The position numbers and the translations under genes are program-made. DNA of 64,000 nucleotides from a virus: positions 1 through 64,000 of the IMG/VR virus record IMGVR_UViG_3300025018_001404, one strand, 5' to 3'. The notes beneath the pieces are model-generated. The model worked only from the letters and a program-made list of their open reading frames with translations. It had not been told where the DNA came from and ran no database searches. Every line of letters starts with the position of its first letter. Positions within the stretch are counted from its first letter, which is position 1. This document shows positions 1-7,621 of the stretch, piece after piece.

Positions 1-112
1 GCGGCATAGGCGGCAGCATAGGCGGCAGCATAGGCGGCAGCATAGGCGGCATCGGCAGCACAGGCAGCATAGGCGGCATAGGCGGCATCGGCAGCACAGG
101 CAGCATAGGCGG
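1..112. repeat. Coding tandem repeat (GGCGGCAGCATA and variants)
   Basis: Visible 9-12 bp units that encode YAAA/YAA/CAADAA on the minus strand. Confidence 0.9.
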
Positions 113-506
113 AACCCGATCTAGTCGCCTCGATAGCCTGGCGCGGTCTTTTATCTCTCGGATATTTGGATTCGAAAAAGTGCAAAACGTGCTCGGCACA
201 ATCCGCAGCGAAGAGTACCAGGGCGCGGGTATTGATCGCCTCGACCTTGCGAACCAACCGGACCTTTCTCACACAAACTTTATCATCGGAGTCCAGGGTT
301 TCCCCTTCAACCTCGACTTCATAAAGATTGTTGAGCATGAACGATCCAACAAGTTGGGACTCAGTCAAAACATGGTAACCGTTCTCGCACATGGCGAGCG
401 CGCCGACAATCTCAGGCGACCATTCCCCGAGTCCATAGTCAGTCCAGCGAAAGCTAGAGTAACCGCCAGTTCCATTGTCGTTCAGGTACTTGTAATACTT
501 AGTCAC
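1..506 (-). CDS. Early protein with an Imm5-like helical segment and an Ala-rich (YAAA) repeat tail; runs off the window edge
   Basis: Not in the ORF track. Manual translation from GTG at 506 (RBS GGAGG) gives MTKYYKYLNDNGTGGYSSFRW...ALVLFAADCAEHVLHFFESKYPRDKRPRQAIEATRSGSAYAACAADAAYAA. The FAADCAEHVL..FE..YP.DKRPR.AIEA segment resembles Imm5-like phage proteins (recalled). Confidence 0.7.
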   Translation of the reverse strand, partial: MTKYYKYLNDNGTGGYSSFRWTDYGLGEWSPEIVGALAMCENGYHVLTESQLVGSFMLNNLYEVEVEGETLDSDDKVCVRKVRLVRKVEAINTRALVLFAADCAEHVLHFFESKYPRDKRPRQAIEATRSGSAYAACAADAAYAAYAACAADAAYAAAYAAAYAAAYA

Positions 507-507
507 T

Positions 508-1254
508 TTAGCCTCCGTACCCTTTAAGAGCAACTGACTTCTCCAAGAAATCCAGGATCAAGTCTGTCTCATCACCTAGGGGAGTCCCAGCGCGGTGCTT
601 CCAATGTTCCCTTGCCTCTTCAAAGGTGAAATACCGGCAACCGGCAATCACACGCACTTTTTCATCACTACAGTGCAAGGCGACAAAAGAGAATCCATCG
701 GATCGCATTACCCCGTACACCTGAGCATTCCCGTACACCAGAGCATTCCCGTACACCCGAGCATTCCCGTACACCCGAGCATTCCCGTACACCCGAGCAT
801 TCCCGTACACCCGATCATTCCCGTACACCCGAGCATCCCCGTACACCAGAGCATCCCCGTACACCAGAGCATCCCCGTACACCTGAGCATCCCCGTACAC
901 CTGAGCATTCCCGGACACCTGAGCATTCCCGGACACCTGAGCATTCCCGGACACCTGAGCATTCCCGGACACCCGAGCATTCCCGTACACCCGAGCATCC
1001 CCGTACACCAGAGCATTCCCGTACACCAGAGCATTCCCGTACACCAGAGCATTCCCGTACACCAGAGCATTCCCGTACACCAGAGCATTCCCGTACACCC
1101 AGGAGGAGTCATGCTGATTAAGGTTGCTTTCCTTTTCAATCCAGCCGCCCAAGTCTCCAGTATTGACGTTGCCAAAAGCACACAAAGCGCGGATACGGTG
1201 CAAGGTTACGCCGTAGTAGTCTTTCTTCTCCATGGTCAATTCAAATTTAGTCAT
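508..1254 (-). CDS. Hexapeptide-repeat (VYGNAR-type) beta-helix phage protein
   Basis: N-terminus LHRIRAL..FGNV..GDLGGWIEKE.NL, about 21 V(Y/S)G(N/D)Ax repeats, C-terminus AGCRYFTFEEAREHW. Start placed at MTKF behind RBS GAGG. Confidence 0.85.
   Translation of the reverse strand: MTKFELTMEKKDYYGVTLHRIRALCAFGNVNTGDLGGWIEKESNLNQHDSSWVYGNALVYGNALVYGNALVYGNALVYGNALVYGDARVYGNARVSGNAQVSGNAQVSGNAQVSGNAQVYGDAQVYGDALVYGDALVYGDARVYGNDRVYGNARVYGNARVYGNARVYGNALVYGNAQVYGVMRSDGFSFVALHCSDEKVRVIAGCRYFTFEEAREHWKHRAGTPLGDETDLILDFLEKSVALKGYGG
711..1098. repeat. 18-bp coding tandem repeat, about 21 copies
   Basis: Unit CCCGTACACC(A/C/T)GAGCAT(T/C) repeated head to tail with no spacers. Confidence 0.95.
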
Positions 1255-1331
1255 TGTTAAACCTCGTTTCGGGTTAGACTTTCCATGTTTGCCAGAAACC
1301 GAATATGCAATCCCTGGCAAATATCGAAGTT

Positions 1332-1481
1332 CTAAACCTTGGTTGAAATCGTCGTGAACACAGTAGTCAGGTCAGTCCCGATTGCCTGCAATGAAACAAC
1401 CACGACAACGGCAATCATCACAACAATGAGTCCGTATTCAACCAGAGTCACGCCAGAGTTATTCTTAATCATTCGCAACAT
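1332..1481 (-). CDS. flp: Flp/Fap (Tad-type) pilin, 49 aa
   Basis: Not in the ORF track. Translation MLRMIKNNSG|VTLVEYGLIVVMIAVVVVVSLQAIGTDLTTVFTTISTKV has a basic leader, the G|xxxxEY Flp cleavage motif and a hydrophobic helix. RBS GGAAGG. Confidence 0.88.
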   Translation of the reverse strand: MLRMIKNNSGVTLVEYGLIVVMIAVVVVVSLQAIGTDLTTVFTTISTKV

Positions 1482-1533
1482 TTTGTATACCTTCCGGCAC
1501 AGTTTAAAACGGTTTACTCAGTTATAAGCACAC

Positions 1534-2034
1534 CTATTCTTTGCCTTGCACCTCCGTTATCAATTTAAGATTTGTGTGCGCCGATTCCTCCGCTTCCGAA
1601 AGCAGTTCATTAGCAACTTCCTGCAGGTACGAATTACCAGAATCCGGATAGTTGCACTCAACACCCCATAGGGCGCACTGGAAACGCGGTATCAACTGGA
1701 CCTTGTGGACTCCGTTGTCGCCATGCATCGGGCTAGGCACCGTGACGTAAGCCGTTACAGCAACGCCGCAGTAAAACCATTCTCCCTGATTCCAGGATTC
1801 CATCACGGCTTGCGCCTTGGCCATTTCGGACTCGTAGTTCTCAGGCAGCACGTAACCCGCCGAGTGCGGATCATTGGACGGCCAAAAACCCTCATCACGT
1901 TGTTCCGGAGTGTCGCCGCTATCGTCGCGGTAAATGGTGGCAACGTAGTGAATCCCGTTCCGCTCGACTTCAACGGAGTTACCTTCATAGGCGTGCGAGT
2001 CGAACGGCGGGAAAACTGTTTCGGTCTCAGACAT
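1534..2034 (-). CDS. Hypothetical early phage protein
   Basis: Acidic ORF with W.YCGV.V and LWGVE motifs typical of phage early hypotheticals; overlaps the upstream stop. Confidence 0.7.
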   Translation of the reverse strand: MSETETVFPPFDSHAYEGNSVEVERNGIHYVATIYRDDSGDTPEQRDEGFWPSNDPHSAGYVLPENYESEMAKAQAVMESWNQGEWFYCGVAVTAYVTVPSPMHGDNGVHKVQLIPRFQCALWGVECNYPDSGNSYLQEVANELLSEAEESAHTNLKLITEVQGKE

Positions 2035-2290
2035 TGGAGTGCCCCCATTTTGCGTTGCACTCATTCATGAAGGCGATTGCCTCCTCTTCGGTTTTGGCAG
2101 GCACGTGGCCCATACCAATCGTGACGCTTCCACGGGAGTCCTGCACTTCCCAGGTCCAGCCGCGAGTCACAATCTCCCAATCCGCTTTCTCGGATTCCTG
2201 GTACCAAGGGCAAGCGCCATAGATCGACGCCTTGCGCCCGGTAGGAATGTGGTTCCAAACTCGACTCGGGGTAACTCGTGTGATTCTCAT
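2027..2290 (-). CDS. Hypothetical early protein
   Basis: ORF with RBS AGGAG, downstream of the promoter at 2381-2409. Confidence 0.7.
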   Translation of the reverse strand: MRITRVTPSRVWNHIPTGRKASIYGACPWYQESEKADWEIVTRGWTWEVQDSRGSVTIGMGHVPAKTEEEAIAFMNECNAKWGHSNV

Positions 2291-2380
2291 TTTCGACTCC
2301 TGTTTTAGATTCCCCCGCTAGGGGTACTGCTTTAGCTTCCTGGCACTTGTGCCGTTCATCTGATTCGTTTCCTAGCAACC

Positions 2381-2409
2381 AAACTAGGATATGTTGCAGC
2401 CTATGTCAA
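2381..2409 (-). promoter_or_regulatory. sigma70-like early promoter
   Basis: TTGACA-17bp-TAGTTT on the minus strand, with TGCAA in the spacer. Confidence 0.75.
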
Positions 2410-2423
2410 TTAGGCTTTTGGAT

Positions 2424-2612
2424 TTACCCACACAGCGCATATACGCGCAAATCTTCATAGAGAGTATATGACGCCAGAAACTCTGACTCTGTGATTTCCT
2501 CGCGCTCAAATTGTGGGCAAGCGGCGTTGTGGCGTTTCAGAGCATGAGGAACAAGGCGCGCAGCTTCCCTTTGAGTCAGAGAGTCCCAATTGAGTGTGTC
2601 CAGGCTGGCCAT
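2424..2612 (-). CDS. Hypothetical early protein
   Basis: 62-aa ORF with RBS AGGGAG. Confidence 0.6.
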   Translation of the reverse strand: MASLDTLNWDSLTQREAARLVPHALKRHNAACPQFEREEITESEFLASYTLYEDLRVYALCG

Positions 2613-2758
2613 TAGCGTGACTCCCTGTTCATGCGCCTAGCAAGCGACTCCGCTGCCTTGCGACCATAACGAGTAGGGAAATACCAGCAATTAGACTCGT
2701 GGCATAGTACCGCCCAACGATCCTGGCCATATCCTCGATAGATTCCCGCGCTATACAT
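2612..2758 (-). CDS. Hypothetical 48-aa early protein
   Basis: Manual translation MYSAGIYRGYGQDRWAVLCHESNCWYFPTRYGRKAAESLARRMNRESR fills the gap exactly, with a TAATG overlap. Confidence 0.6.
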   Translation of the reverse strand: MYSAGIYRGYGQDRWAVLCHESNCWYFPTRYGRKAAESLARRMNRESR

Positions 2759-2760
2759 GA

Positions 2761-2952
2761 TCAAAACCCACAAGCTTTGAGGAAACGCGCTCGATCAAAG
2801 CGCGGGTCTCCCGCAGCGAAATGGTCTGCCATGTCCTGAGCGATATCTTCTAATGCGCCGCGATACTCCACCTTATCGAGTGAATAATAAGCGCATTCCT
2901 CCGAACGGTTTTTAACCATAGCGGCGAACGCTTCATAATCTTTCTTAGACAT
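2761..2952 (-). CDS. Conserved small phage early protein
   Basis: MSKKDYEAFA...FAAGDPRFDRARFLKACG pattern, common in phage early regions; RBS AAGGAG. Confidence 0.75.
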   Translation of the reverse strand: MSKKDYEAFAAMVKNRSEECAYYSLDKVEYRGALEDIAQDMADHFAAGDPRFDRARFLKACGF

Positions 2953-3022
2953 ACTCCGACTCCTTCACTCTAGTTGACTTTCCATCACTGCACGCTTTCC
3001 AAAGGCGCGCAGGTAAAGAGAG

Positions 3023-3307
3023 TCAATCTTCCGATTCGAATTCCTCGCGCCAATTGTCTGCAATTTCGTCCCAATTCACGGCGGGATATCCGCTATTGCT
3101 CTTCGCTCCATAGAGCGTTGCGCTATCAGTCGAGTCCATATCCGGAGTCCCGTCCGGGAACCAGTCGCGCACAAAGAAAGCAACGGCAACGGCGGTATCA
3201 GGCTTGGAACGCCATTTGGCGCGGTAGATAACCTCTTCATTGTCGCACCATAGTGCAACGTTCCAGGTCTCCCAATTCGTCCAGCCGTTATATGTGTTAT
3301 CAGTCAT
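3023..3307 (-). CDS. Conserved phage early protein (YNGWTNWETWNVALW family)
   Basis: Characteristic TYNGWTN.ETWNVALW..N.E start and VNWDEIA end. Confidence 0.8.
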   Translation of the reverse strand: MTDNTYNGWTNWETWNVALWCDNEEVIYRAKWRSKPDTAVAVAFFVRDWFPDGTPDMDSTDSATLYGAKSNSGYPAVNWDEIADNWREEFESED

Positions 3308-3569
3308 TCTCGTTGCTCCAGGGTTCAGCTACCTCGGAATAAATATCCCATAGGCGCGCAAGGTTTTTGTCCAGGTTATCGTTTGGGAAAACGTTGCAGA
3401 TCGACTCCCATTCCGACTCAAACTGCAACGCATCGTCACCTTGCACGAAAACCTGCAAACCATCGTGCTGCAGATCATTGCTAGGCTTTTGGTTCAGGGC
3501 ATAGGCGGTACCTTTGCCATAACTGACAAGGGAAAACCGATTCGTATTCTCCATGATGAAACGGCGCAT
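3300..3569 (-). CDS. Hypothetical early protein
   Basis: ORF with RBS GAGGAG. Confidence 0.65.
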   Translation of the reverse strand: MRRFIMENTNRFSLVSYGKGTAYALNQKPSNDLQHDGLQVFVQGDDALQFESEWESICNVFPNDNLDKNLARLWDIYSEVAEPWSNEND

Positions 3570-3644
3570 TAATCCGACTCCTCTTTGGTTGTGACTTTCC
3601 GTAGCTGCCTACAGGTTCCTAGCCTATAGGCAGGTAAGGGAGTC

Positions 3645-3986
3645 TCAATCGCGCCAGATACCGTTGGCAACTTGCGTTTCCTGCCAATGAACAATGGCTG
3701 CAGTCCTTGTAGCTGGTGAGATACCTAGCAGCTTGCACGCCACATTAAGCGCGATAACGCATTTACTCAGGTCCGCGCAGATATCACCTACCGCGCCATA
3801 ATAGGCGTCATCGTAAATCGAGAGGCAGGCATTCTTTTGATAGATCGCGCTTTTGCGTGCCCGGTCATCCCGAGTCATCCTGGCAAAGTCATCATGCGTT
3901 TCCGCCTGCTTTATCAGTTCCCTACGGAACGACTCAACCGTGTTTGGCGTACACACCGCGCCTATAATTTCCTGCACCGTATTCAT
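3645..3986 (-). CDS. Hypothetical early protein
   Basis: Start reassigned to MNTVQE behind RBS GAGGAG. Confidence 0.65.
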   Translation of the reverse strand: MNTVQEIIGAVCTPNTVESFRRELIKQAETHDDFARMTRDDRARKSAIYQKNACLSIYDDAYYGAVGDICADLSKCVIALNVACKLLGISPATRTAAIVHWQETQVANGIWRD

Positions 3987-4054
3987 CTCTCGACTCCTCT
4001 TTTCCGTTTCCAACGAATCGGTCTTTCCCGTTCGTTCGCCATTCTTAGCATCCC

Positions 4055-4871
4055 ATGACATAGGCTGCAATACCTATTTTCATATTCCACATATGAATGA
4101 CATACGCTGCAACTCAATACCGGATTTACGTTTTGTCCCTTATGTCATAGTTGCAGCCACTGTCACTTGGTACCTGAGCGAGTCCCAGGAATCGCGCCAA
4201 AATGGCTCATATAAAACAAGTGTCTTACATGACACACGCTGCATTTTTGTATCTGTGTCATGGTCTAAAACGCCAGATTCCTTATTGAAAACAACAAGGT
4301 GCGGCTATGTCATCCGGTTTTTCGTTACGATACCGTGATGGTGGTTATAACGGGTACGGAACGGTTACCAAAAGCGGTCAAATGCAGCCTGTGTCAATAT
4401 TCCCGTATTTAACCGTTAATTATAACACATTGATTTCATTGAGCTATGACATAGGCTGCGGCGGGCATTGGGAACAGGCAAAATGACATAGCGGCAACGT
4501 ATTGAATCTAAACGACATTTTTGGTACAAAAACCCCTTCATACTTTTAGTATGTATAGCAGCCTGCGGTGCTGCTTACATCCTACTGAGTATGGTTATGC
4601 GAGTGAAAGACAGACACACCTAGAGACCCTGACACGTTGGCGATAACATATATCCTATATGTATCTTTAAGCCTCGGATCGAGTCCGCAGCCTTGCGTTC
4701 CGAATCTCTGGCCAGACTCGTCTACCTCTCGATTTGTTGTGAATTTCCCTACACGCCATTTCCCGACATTTTCGAGAATGCCAGACAATGCCTGCAGCGT
4801 TGACTCCCGTTCATCCTGGCGCGCAACAATCATAAACCCTGCCTGATTTATATCATTGCAGCCTATGTCAT
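4055..4871. promoter_or_regulatory. Non-coding control region at the strand switch, with clustered WTGACA-N5-TGC motifs and an IHF-consensus site
   Basis: Motif copies at 4055, 4097, 4151, 4229, 4382, 4446 and 4856 in both orientations. AATCAAtgtgTTA on the minus strand at 4423-4435 fits WATCARnnnnTTR. Confidence 0.7.
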
Positions 4872-4916
4872 GCCGTGTTAAGAATCGGCCAGAGACAATG
4901 ACAAGTGAGTCGAACA

Positions 4917-5273
4917 ATGAACGCCAGATATCTTGCATCCCGCACTCGCCTAGCATGGCGTCTAGCTCGTCATGGCGCTAACAGGTTCGGCGGTACCGCC
5001 CCGGATTACTTCATCGAGTTCATGCGTGAAGTGTGGGCCGACTATGACGGCGTGCTGGCCTACCTGAGCGGAACGCGCCCTAGCGGGATCATTCCAGCCC
5101 TTTTGGTACAGGTTGTTATTGCAGCCGTGCTTATCGCCATTGGCTACATGTTCCCTGGCCATGACTTCCATATCGTCTTTTTCGGAATGTTTGCCCAGAT
5201 GGCCGCCGCGCTGCCTTTCATCAATCGCGCTTTGAATGAGGAGTCGAACAATGAATACATTCTTGTTGAGTGA
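4917..5273 (+). CDS. Hypothetical membrane protein
   Basis: Two C-terminal hydrophobic segments; GAGTCGAAC-A-ATG start. Confidence 0.65.
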   Translation: MNARYLASRTRLAWRLARHGANRFGGTAPDYFIEFMREVWADYDGVLAYLSGTRPSGIIPALLVQVVIAAVLIAIGYMFPGHDFHIVFFGMFAQMAAALPFINRALNEESNNEYILVE

Positions 5274-5508
5274 AGAGACTGATCAGCGGGTTACGCGGTC
5301 ATATACCGCCGCTGCCGTCCTGCTACTGGCCACAGGTGGCCTAGTTGGTTTGCTGCCTACCGTTGCAGCCCTTATGGGACTCGGTGGCTTGGTAGCCCTT
5401 GGCTGCCTTGGGCTGACCCTGATATCTATCGCGGGCGCATTCACTGTTCGCGCCATCTCATACGAGGAGTCTGCTAACCTGCCTTTGTACCGACTGACAG
5501 GCTGCTGA
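5251..5508 (+). CDS. Hypothetical membrane protein
   Basis: Two hydrophobic helices; RBS GAGGAG. Confidence 0.65.
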   Translation: MNTFLLSEETDQRVTRSYTAAAVLLLATGGLVGLLPTVAALMGLGGLVALGCLGLTLISIAGAFTVRAISYEESANLPLYRLTGC

Positions 5509-5601
5509 TATGACAGCCTGGGCAGTCTGGATCACCTCTAGCCTGCTATTGCTGGCCTTGTGCTGGCTTGTAGACAAAGGTTCGGACTCGTAAACTACCT
5601 T

Positions 5602-5630
5602 AGCCCGCCTAGCGCGGGTTTCTCTTTGTT
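5602..5630 (+). terminator. Probable intrinsic terminator
   Basis: AGCCCGC-loop-GCGGGTT followed by TCTCTTTGTT. Confidence 0.45.
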
Positions 5631-6355
5631 ACCAATTCACACATTGATTGTGTTGTTTCCATTTATTACCCTTGCCTGCAGCGTTGTCATTGATTGCGTA
5701 TTAATGTTGCGCGCCAAGGCAGCCAGTGCAGGCGGGCTTATAGACGGCCCGCGTCGAGTCATTTTATTGCGTATTAATGTTGCTCGCCTGTTCGGATAGG
5801 GCGCTTTGTGCGCGTCCAGGTCCGGCGCGTGCTGGCCTATTCCTGATAAGGAATTCGGACCCCGGACCCCCAAATAAAGAAGGGGTGGGGCGGCCTTTAT
5901 CCACCGCTCTAGAGCCGTCTACGTTTGTCCGAAATATGTATACACTTTTCGGACTTTCACGCATCTCACATGCGCCATTTTCTGGTTTTCAGGAAAATCC
6001 CCGGAGAGTTATGACACAGACTGCAATGTCCCCTATTGCCTTCTCTGTCAACCATCCCTCCCGTCTCAGGGGTGATATCCATTTGCACAGGTCGCCACCT
6101 GTAAACCGCAGACTTCCGCCGCAAACAGGTGATTTCCTATGCTCCCGGTCACCACCCCTTGTTTCCTCTGTGTCAAAGGTCTCAGCCGTCCATTATTGGC
6201 GCATAAGTGCCTTTCAGGGCCTGTTAATGACGTTTGCATCCTATGTCATTTGTTAAAATTTCCGGGTTTTCCCGTCCTGCACATTCCCATATCACCCTTA
6301 CGACCTTTCACCAGGAAGCCTATGCTAATGGCATGTTCCCCACGGGGTGATAGCA

Positions 6356-6532
6356 ATGACCACTTTTGTCCTGATGATGTTCCTGATCCTGCCTGGTGAC
6401 CGTATCGAGGCTTTCACCCTGACCCAGGGCATGAACGAGAAGGCCTGCAGGATCATGGAAGAGAGCATGAATACCCGGATCGCTACGGCCAAGTACGCTC
6501 TGGTCAAATGCGTGCCCCAGACCACCCTGTAA
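6356..6532 (+). CDS. Small hypothetical protein with a hydrophobic N-terminus
   Basis: FVLMMFLIL followed by C...C, a pattern of small phage proteins. Confidence 0.55.
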   Translation: MTTFVLMMFLILPGDRIEAFTLTQGMNEKACRIMEESMNTRIATAKYALVKCVPQTTL

Positions 6533-6545
6533 TCGAAGGAATTTC

Positions 6546-6812
6546 ATGTCACACGCCATGTCCCTGATCAGCTTCGAGACCACCCTTGTTCGCAACAGCA
6601 ACCCTGTCAGTGCCGTATGCTCGGTCGCGGGTTGGGTCGTATCTGAGACCAGGGATGACCTGGTAGTGGTGTCCTGCGTCAGTCAAACAGCAGGAAAAGA
6701 GGATACAGTCTATGTATTTCTTGGCGAAAGCATCACGATTCCGAAGAAACAAGTGCTTTCGATGTGGACTCTGAAGGTGGATGAGCGTAAGAGTGGCCTA
6801 GTAATGAATTGA
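6546..6812 (+). CDS. Hypothetical phage protein
   Basis: RBS GAAGGA; C.VAGWVV.ET.D.VVV...ITIPK pattern. Confidence 0.65.
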   Translation: MSHAMSLISFETTLVRNSNPVSAVCSVAGWVVSETRDDLVVVSCVSQTAGKEDTVYVFLGESITIPKKQVLSMWTLKVDERKSGLVMN

Positions 6813-6857
6813 AGGGTGAGGGTAGAGTAGGACGTTCATCGTCTTGACTCCCCACCT

Positions 6858-6892
6858 TTGCTCGGCTCCAGTGATGGAGTCGGGCACTTTTT
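6858..6892 (+). terminator. Probable intrinsic terminator
   Basis: TGCTCGGCTCCA-GTGA-TGGAGTCGGGCA followed by a T run. Confidence 0.6.
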
Positions 6893-6917
6893 CGACCTGA
6901 TATTAAGGATTTCGACC

Positions 6918-7331
6918 ATGTCTGGACTTGAAGAGCGTGCGAATCAGTACATTGATCACTCGACTCGGACCCCCAAAACCGGGGATATTTACGAAAACGA
7001 AGATTGCCTGGTGTATTTCCTGAACAGTGAAGAACTGCTGAAAATCGACGGTGATCCGTGGACTACGTGGTCCGAGAAGGCAAAAAGCCTGTTCAAGGTC
7101 ACTTTTCTGAGCCTGTGCGAGGCTGGAATCGAGATTCTGGACGAAAATACCTGCCCGATGCCGCGATCCGAATTCCAAACTATGGCGTTTAACGCTGCGA
7201 TGATCGCCGCCGAAGCGTTGACACATATCGAGGTGGATACTCCGTCTCCCAAGTTGTGCGAGTGCCCGCAGGGGTTACGTCATAGACGATGGCCATGGTA
7301 TTTCTTGTCTATTCAGAACGAATGGGTTTGA
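6918..7331 (+). CDS. Hypothetical protein
   Basis: ORF from MSGLEER with RBS AAGGA. Confidence 0.6.
   Translation: MSGLEERANQYIDHSTRTPKTGDIYENEDCLVYFLNSEELLKIDGDPWTTWSEKAKSLFKVTFLSLCEAGIEILDENTCPMPRSEFQTMAFNAAMIAAEALTHIEVDTPSPKLCECPQGLRHRRWPWYFLSIQNEWV
7271..7304 (+). promoter_or_regulatory. Putative late promoter, copy 1
   Basis: GGGGTTAC-N20-TATTTC. Confidence 0.6.
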
Positions 7332-7334
7332 GCC

Positions 7335-7610
7335 ATGGCTGTTGATACCACCATTATTCCAGATATGAACTTCGGTTCAGGTCCGTCTTCCGCCATTAAT
7401 GGTGCCTACGACCTGGTTCCTTTTGCCGACGGCCCTATCGCCGGTAAACAGATCAGGGGCGTCTACTGCGGCACTGCCGGGACCGTAAGTATGGTGACGC
7501 AGACAGGCCGCGTACTTGTCAACTTCCCTGCTCTTGCCGGTTTTACAACCGCATTGCTCAAGGCTATCACTGCTGTAGGGACGGCTACCGGCGTCTACTT
7601 CGTCTACTAA
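7335..7610 (+). CDS. Head spike base protein (RcGTA rcc01079/GhsA-like)
   Basis: 91 aa; IRGVYCGTAGTVSMVT...AG...AITAVGTATG matches the recalled spike-base pattern R.LYVG.AG.V.V...GT.AT. Confidence 0.7.
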   Translation: MAVDTTIIPDMNFGSGPSSAINGAYDLVPFADGPIAGKQIRGVYCGTAGTVSMVTQTGRVLVNFPALAGFTTALLKAITAVGTATGVYFVY

Positions 7611-7621
7611 AGGATCAGTAG

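Noticed and set aside
711-1098. Possible CRISPR array
   Set aside because: Repeats are contiguous 18-mers with no unique spacers and encode an in-frame hexapeptide repeat.
595-1260. Alternative-frame ORFs (PVHQSI and CTGML repeats)
   Set aside because: Open only because the repeat lacks stops; the VYGNAR frame has the RBS and conserved flanking domains.
1339-1527. 62-aa plus-strand ORF
   Set aside because: Antisense shadow of the Flp pilin gene.
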